From: a virus
Taxonomy: Duplodnaviria > Caudoviricetes
DNA: 64,000 nt
Virus record (IMG/VR): IMGVR_UViG_2890906962_000004
Span: 1 to 64,000 of that record
Direction: 5' to 3' (one strand)
Shown one piece after another: positions 59,116-64,000 of this stretch. The translations under genes and the position numbers were made by a program. Numbering within the stretch: the first letter of the stretch is position 1; each line of letters starts with the position of its first letter. The notes beneath the pieces are model-generated. The model was not told where the DNA came from. It was given only the letters and a program-made list of their open reading frames with translations, and ran no database searches.

Positions 59116-59690
59116 TGATTGATTTTTCAAGCAAACCCCGAACCTTTACGGTTTTTCATTTTGATGCGCTAACTAAAGAATATGTTGGCTCGGAAAAGGT
59201 TGAAATCCCGCCTCACACGGGATTACCTGCGAATTGCTGTCTCTCAACTCCGCCAAAGGATAAAAAGGACTTCATACAAACTTGGGACGGTAAAAAGTGG
59301 GGGTACACTGAGGATTACCGAGGCATTGCTATCTTTCAAAAATCGTCTGGTCAAGAGTTAGTGTTACGGGAACTTGGCCCCATCCCTGATGATTGTGTGA
59401 CAGAACAGCCCACTAGCCAATTTGTTACCTGGGAGAATGGTAAGTGGGTCGAAGATAAGGGCAAAAAGCTTGAAGCGCTCACCGAATTAGCTGAACAACG
59501 TAAAGTGGCTGAGCTCAATCATGCTCATGGATTGATAAAGCCACTCGAATACGCTGACCAGCTAGACATAGCTACGGAGAATGAAAAAGTTAATCTCAAA
59601 GCCTTGATGAAACATATTGTTCTAGTCAGTCGTATCAACACGGCAGATCCAGAAAATATAGAATGGCCTGAATTAACGTTGTCTGCGTAA
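59112..59690 (+). CDS. tail fibre assembly chaperone (Tfa/gpU-like)
   Basis: [21 protein letters not shown]-terminus. Confidence 0.9.
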   Translation: MMIDFSSKPRTFTVFHFDALTKEYVGSEKVEIPPHTGLPANCCLSTPPKDKKDFIQTWDGKKWGYTEDYRGIAIFQKSSGQELVLRELGPIPDDCVTEQPTSQFVTWENGKWVEDKGKKLEALTELAEQRKVAELNHAHGLIKPLEYADQLDIATENEKVNLKALMKHIVLVSRINTADPENIEWPELTLSA

Positions 59691-59709
59691 ATCACTAACT
59701 TCCTACGAT
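59686..59709 (+). promoter_or_regulatory. putative late promoter
   Basis: CGTAAATCACTAAC + 4 nt + TACGAT. Confidence 0.65.
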
Positions 59710-59744
59710 GCCTCAGCTTATTAACCATAACTGAGGCATTTTTT

Positions 59745-60713
59745 ATGCAAGTAGAAGACAGTCGTTTTGATGCAAACGGACAAATTCTTGAGTCGCAATG
59801 GGTTTTCCTTTACGGCTTTGATTACATGAATGTATTTACAACAGGCTATAACGCCTTTATGACACAAGGCATGGCATTGCCGCCTGGCACCACACTTATT
59901 AGCCCACCAGCTATTGAGGCTGGCAACGCTGCAGTATTTGACGAAACAAGCGGTAAGTGGTCAGTCACACCTGATCACCGTGGCGAGTCGGTGTACAACA
60001 AGAAAACACAACAACGTACAACCGTTGATTATCTTGGTGACTACCGCTCGGAAGTTACGCCAATTAAACCCGATTCGACCTATGACAATTGGGATTATTC
60101 AGCGAACGATTGGCGCAAGGATGATGACTATTCAGCCGCGCAACTCCTTGCACAGCAAAAGTCGCAGGTGTCGGCTGAAAGCGAACGCGCTGATGAAATG
60201 ATTGCTATCTGTAATGAGCAGCTAGAACTGTCCTATTACAATCCAGGTGAAACAGAGGAATCGATCACCGACAAGCTTAAATTGTGGAAGCTCTATCATC
60301 TGCAGTGTCAGTCATTCCTAAACGGTGCCCTTGCGACCGTTCCTAATGCGCCAGACTCACAGGCATATCAGCAGCAAGTCGCCCAGGCGAAGGCACAAGC
60401 AGAAGCTCAAGCCGCGGCAGAACTACAAGACGAGTTATCGAAAGAGCAGGCAGAGGAACAAGCAAAAGCTGCCGCTCAGGCTCAGGCAGAAGAACAGGCC
60501 CAAGCTGCCGCAAACGCGAAAGCCAAAGCGGAAGCCGCTACAACGGCGAAGGCTCAAGCCGATGCTGACGCAAAAGCGCAAGCGCAAGCCGAAGCTGATG
60601 CTCAGGCAAAAGCTGATGCTCAAGCTAAAGCAGACGCGCAAGCCGCTGCAGACGCTCAAGCTGCCGCTGATGCGAACGCTAAAACCGATTCAAGCACCCA
60701 AGCTTCTAAATAA
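59745..60713 (+). CDS. second Tfa-like protein with long Ala/Gln-rich C-terminal extension
   Basis: W...PDHRGE.VY Tfa motif; ~110 aa of AQAQAEA/AKADA repeats. Confidence 0.8.
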   Translation: MQVEDSRFDANGQILESQWVFLYGFDYMNVFTTGYNAFMTQGMALPPGTTLISPPAIEAGNAAVFDETSGKWSVTPDHRGESVYNKKTQQRTTVDYLGDYRSEVTPIKPDSTYDNWDYSANDWRKDDDYSAAQLLAQQKSQVSAESERADEMIAICNEQLELSYYNPGETEESITDKLKLWKLYHLQCQSFLNGALATVPNAPDSQAYQQQVAQAKAQAEAQAAAELQDELSKEQAEEQAKAAAQAQAEEQAQAAANAKAKAEAATTAKAQADADAKAQAQAEADAQAKADAQAKADAQAAADAQAAADANAKTDSSTQASK

Positions 60714-60760
60714 TCGTAATTTCTCTTATTCAAGCGCCTTTTCTGGCGCTTTTTTTTATT

Positions 60761-60784
60761 CGCAAATCTCGCACCTCCTAATCT
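60761..60784 (+). promoter_or_regulatory. putative late promoter of the lyd/dar operon
   Basis: CGCAAATCTCGCAC + 4 nt + TAATCT, after a terminator at ~60733-60757. Confidence 0.7.
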
Positions 60785-60817
60785 TTCCGCACTGTTATTT
60801 ATCTATCAGGAGAGGAA

Positions 60818-61138
60818 GTGACTTTAACAGAGCAGTGGTTACTCCTTGTCGCAGTAGGACTATCAGCGCTTAGCGGTATCGGCGTTTTTCTTCATGGCGC
60901 GCGAGAAGGGCGGATTGATCGCTCTTTTTTCAGTTTAGCCACAGAGATAGTTCTCGCACTGACTGCCGGATTAACAGGTTTCTATCTGGCACGTCATTGG
61001 GCGCTCGATGAAGGATTGACATTTATCTGCGTACTTGCGGCAAGCAACAACGGGAGGGAAGTGTTAGCTACCCTCAAATCAAAAATTATTGATGGCATCG
61101 GAATGTTGCTATCAAACAATAAGGATGGGAGTGCATGA
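60818..61138 (+). CDS. lydA: LydA-like holin
   Basis: 106 aa; TM segments; SNNG.E; synteny lydA-lydB-hdf-darA. Confidence 0.8.
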   Translation: MTLTEQWLLLVAVGLSALSGIGVFLHGAREGRIDRSFFSLATEIVLALTAGLTGFYLARHWALDEGLTFICVLAASNNGREVLATLKSKIIDGIGMLLSNNKDGSA

Positions 61139-61590
61139 GCAACTACCAAGAGCTAGTTCTATATGGATTAGCAGTTTTATGCCTGGTTGATCGGTTTATT
61201 TTAGGCCGTAAAAAGATTGACCTTATTGATATTGGAGAGCCACAAAACACGTTAGGTAACGCGATAGCGTTTCCTATCAAGTTGAAGGCAAAAAAAACCA
61301 ATATCACAGGCGCGCAAGTTGAGTATTGGTTACGTGATAAACGCGACCCGACCACAGTTATCTCAGGAAAAACACGCACCTTAGAGTTTACTGAGAAGGG
61401 TTCAAGCAGTGAAAACTTGCTTATCGACACGCGTTATCTCGATGCGTCCGATTGGGCGCTTACCGTGAGAATTAAGCATGGCAATTCACGTATTAACCCC
61501 CTTTACCGAGTGTTCCCGATAACGAAGGTCCTCACTAAGCAATTTACCATTACTCAGCAAGCCGGAGTTTTCCATGCCACAGCAAGCTAA
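61135..61590 (+). CDS. lydB: LydB-like antiholin
   Basis: PTTVI.G..R.L, NPLYR.FP; synteny. Confidence 0.75.
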   Translation: MSNYQELVLYGLAVLCLVDRFILGRKKIDLIDIGEPQNTLGNAIAFPIKLKAKKTNITGAQVEYWLRDKRDPTTVISGKTRTLEFTEKGSSSENLLIDTRYLDASDWALTVRIKHGNSRINPLYRVFPITKVLTKQFTITQQAGVFHATAS

Positions 61591-62197
61591 TCACGTCTTA
61601 TTGGATTATGACCAGCTCAACGCGAGAGGACTGCAGCCTTTAGTCAAAGCGATTACCACGGGCGGCTTTGAAGTGGCAAAGGTCATTCCAGCCGGCACGA
61701 GCCGTAAAAAAGATGGTGTTGCGACCAAGACTTTTTCTCTGGTGGCGATTGATGAACAAGTGATGCAGATCCAGGTCAACGACACGGGCGACATTTCAGG
61801 GGTACGGGTAAACGGCAAAAATGCGCCATTCACTCACGCCACTACCCTTAGCCAAGTCGGACAACAGCTCGCTAAGCTTTTCTCAACCGGCGCGACCGCG
61901 TTTGAAAAGGCAATGGCGAAGAAAATTGCGCGCCAAGCGGCCAAAGATGACGGCGACACACCGAAAAAGCCTGGTATTAAGTCAAACGTGCAATTACTCA
62001 GTGATGCGAAAGCGCGCCGCGATGCCGTAAAGGACGATATTGATAAGACTCAATCACGCCTGACAAGCTCGCAGCAAAAAGCCAACGACAACGCCTCGCA
62101 AATCTCAAAACTTACTCAAGATCTTACAAGCGAAAAAAGCTTAACCAAGCAGTTAAGAGAGCAAATCGCAGATTTAGAGGGGAAAAATAATGGTTAA
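61574..62197 (+). CDS. hdf: Hdf-like antirestriction-system protein
   Basis: QVNDTGDIS.V..NGK plus coiled-coil C-terminus; directly before darA. Confidence 0.8.
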   Translation: MPQQANHVLLDYDQLNARGLQPLVKAITTGGFEVAKVIPAGTSRKKDGVATKTFSLVAIDEQVMQIQVNDTGDISGVRVNGKNAPFTHATTLSQVGQQLAKLFSTGATAFEKAMAKKIARQAAKDDGDTPKKPGIKSNVQLLSDAKARRDAVKDDIDKTQSRLTSSQQKANDNASQISKLTQDLTSEKSLTKQLREQIADLEGKNNG

Positions 62198-64000
62198 TAC
62201 TGAACAACGAATTGCCATCCACGGACTAGGCCAATTCGGCTTACAAGCCATCTTTGAAAGTAATAAAAACTATCACGCTGCAGTCGAGGAAGACGATAGC
62301 GAAGGGCTGTTACTTGAACCTGTCACACTCGAAGAAGTTGAGCACGTCTACTTAGGTCATTGCGAAGTGATCCCAGGTGATAGCGCTATGTTTGAGGCTA
62401 TTTCGACTCAGCGGCAGCAACTTGCTACTACAATGCGCGCGTTTACTCGCGTTCTTAATAGTGGCCTTAACGGGACCGGCATTTCTGGCGGTGTCGAAAA
62501 TGCCCCAGGTGGTGATGATTCGGGAACTGTAGTGGGCGGCGCGCAAATCGGCAAGGTTCGCCGTATTGCCGGGGTACCGGTAATGGCTGCAAAAATCCCT
62601 CTTTCTGACGGGCAAAGCACCTCCATTATCTTTCACTCACCTACCAGCAACGGCAAGACTATCGTTAATAGTGATCTGCTAGTGGCGTTCCAATTCCTAA
62701 TCAATAAACGCGATGTTACACACGTAGTCGCGCCGATTGGGGGTAAAGACGTGTCTCTTGCTCAGGTGGCGCAAGCGCTCTCTAACCTTATCGAAAAAAA
62801 CTCAGGTAAGTTTAAGAAGCAGCAAGCTATGCAGCAGAAAATGAAGCAGGACACTGACGCGTATCAGAACGAAGCCGACAAGCTTGAGAATGACCGCGCT
62901 AACCTACTGCAGCAGTTTAATGACGCGCAAAAGCAAGTCGATGATACGGCAAGTCAGGTAAGCACTCTTTCTGAACAGCTCTCACAGCAAAAGTCGATTA
63001 ATGCCGACCTGCAAAAGCAACTGGATGCCCTGCAAAATGCGCCGGCACCTGTCCCAAGCCAAAACATTACCGATAACCTACGCACCGTGAAAAATGCGAT
63101 CAACATGGACGGTCAAGCTAAGTTAAGTGATGGCTCAACTATCCGCATTAAAACCGTTGATGACGGCGAAGCGCATACCTACGCCATTTTGGAAACGCCG
63201 GACGGCAATACGTACCAGGTAGAAGCCAAAGACATGCAGGGCAGTAGCGTGAATGACGCGGTAGGGACGATTTTTAAAGCCTACCGGGCAGGAAAAGCGG
63301 ATAAGTACAAGGTAGATCAAGCCGCCGATGCGGTTTCTGATACACCGGCACCAGCGACCGACCCGGAGCCGGAGCCAGCACCAAAAGCCGATCCAGAACC
63401 GGAGCCGGAACCCACCACAACGACTGACCCTGAACCAGAACCAAAAGCGGATCCAGAGCCGGAGCCGAAAGCTGACCCGGAGCCAGAACCGGCGACACAG
63501 CCAGAAGGATTCCGCTATGCCCTGGTTAACCGTCCGGCAGGTATTGGCGCGGTGCCTGATGGTCAAATTGCTATCTTGCCGAAAGATGATAATGACCCGT
63601 ACAGCCAATATGCGCGTAATGGTGTGATTGTTTACCCGGAGAAGCTGACAGACGAGCAAATGAGCCAGTACGAGCTCAAATACCTACCTACGCAAGCCGA
63701 CTACCAGCAATATGCTGAACAGCTCGCACAGGGGCGCTTAGGCGAGTATGCAGAGCAATATCTGGAACTGGCTAAGGAAGACGTTAATACGTTTACTAAA
63801 AATGTCTCATTGCAGTTTAAGAAGGCTTTCCCGAATGTTGCTTACCCGTTAGGCAGTGATGTGAACGTGTTTATGACGGATGTAATTGCCGCGCTGACCG
63901 ATGTTGCACAACCGGATGACGCTAAGCCGGACGATCAGCCACCAGCTGACACCGGAACAGGCACAGACGATAGCCAGCCGGACCCGATGGACGTTGCACA
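62190..64000 (+). CDS. darA: DarA-like defence-against-restriction head protein (5' part; runs off the window)
   Basis: Manual translation MVNTEQ...LSDGQSTSIIFHSP..FQFLINKRDVTHVVAP and YAL.NRP.GIGAVP; absent from the ORF track because there is no stop in the window. Confidence 0.85.
   Translation, partial: MVNTEQRIAIHGLGQFGLQAIFESNKNYHAAVEEDDSEGLLLEPVTLEEVEHVYLGHCEVIPGDSAMFEAISTQRQQLATTMRAFTRVLNSGLNGTGISGGVENAPGGDDSGTVVGGAQIGKVRRIAGVPVMAAKIPLSDGQSTSIIFHSPTSNGKTIVNSDLLVAFQFLINKRDVTHVVAPIGGKDVSLAQVAQALSNLIEKNSGKFKKQQAMQQKMKQDTDAYQNEADKLENDRANLLQQFNDAQKQVDDTASQVSTLSEQLSQQKSINADLQKQLDALQNAPAPVPSQNITDNLRTVKNAINMDGQAKLSDGSTIRIKTVDDGEAHTYAILETPDGNTYQVEAKDMQGSSVNDAVGTIFKAYRAGKADKYKVDQAADAVSDTPAPATDPEPEPAPKADPEPEPEPTTTTDPEPEPKADPEPEPKADPEPEPATQPEGFRYALVNRPAGIGAVPDGQIAILPKDDNDPYSQYARNGVIVYPEKLTDEQMSQYELKYLPTQADYQQYAEQLAQGRLGEYAEQYLELAKEDVNTFTKNVSLQFKKAFPNVAYPLGSDVNVFMTDVIAALTDVAQPDDAKPDDQPPADTGTGTDDSQPDPMDVA

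Noticed and set aside
62097-62120. Extra late-promoter motif CGCAAATCTCAAAA inside hdf
   Set aside because: Lacks the TAnnnT hexamer 4 nt downstream and lies in coding sequence
63135-63659. Minus-strand and alternate-frame ORFs near the window end
   Set aside because: Shadows of the Pro/Glu-rich repeat in the open darA frame

Overview
The window is a 64-kb segment of a divergent P1-like (Punavirus-type) temperate phage-plasmid, probably from an Enterobacterales host. From left to right: a lox-type site and Cre recombinase; Ref; a c4-like antisense RNA with icd; tciA/TerB and a run of small early accessory genes; a RelE/ParD-like TA pair; an AT-rich three-gene metabolic cassette; P1-type neck/baseplate genes (26, 25, 7, 24, 6, 5); RdgC, Dam and a degenerate terminase-like gene; HicAB; a GT8 + WaaL LPS cassette; LexA-controlled humD; a PvuRts1I/AbaSI-type nuclease; two partition systems (ParA-type and ParM-type); PAAR and spanins; capsid/sheath/tube genes; an iteron replicon inserted in the tail operon; tape measure, baseplate and a 1838-aa tail fibre; and lydA-lydB-hdf-darA (cut off by the window end). 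The most notable items are a non-canonical lox site, a GGGAAAG -1 slippery site that would add an Ala-rich tail to the major capsid protein, a conserved late-promoter motif (8 copies), a candidate late-expressed structured RNA, and the LPS-remodelling and FAD-oxidoreductase/formyltransferase/TauE cassettes. P1 gene names come from recalled motifs, size and synteny, not from database searches.
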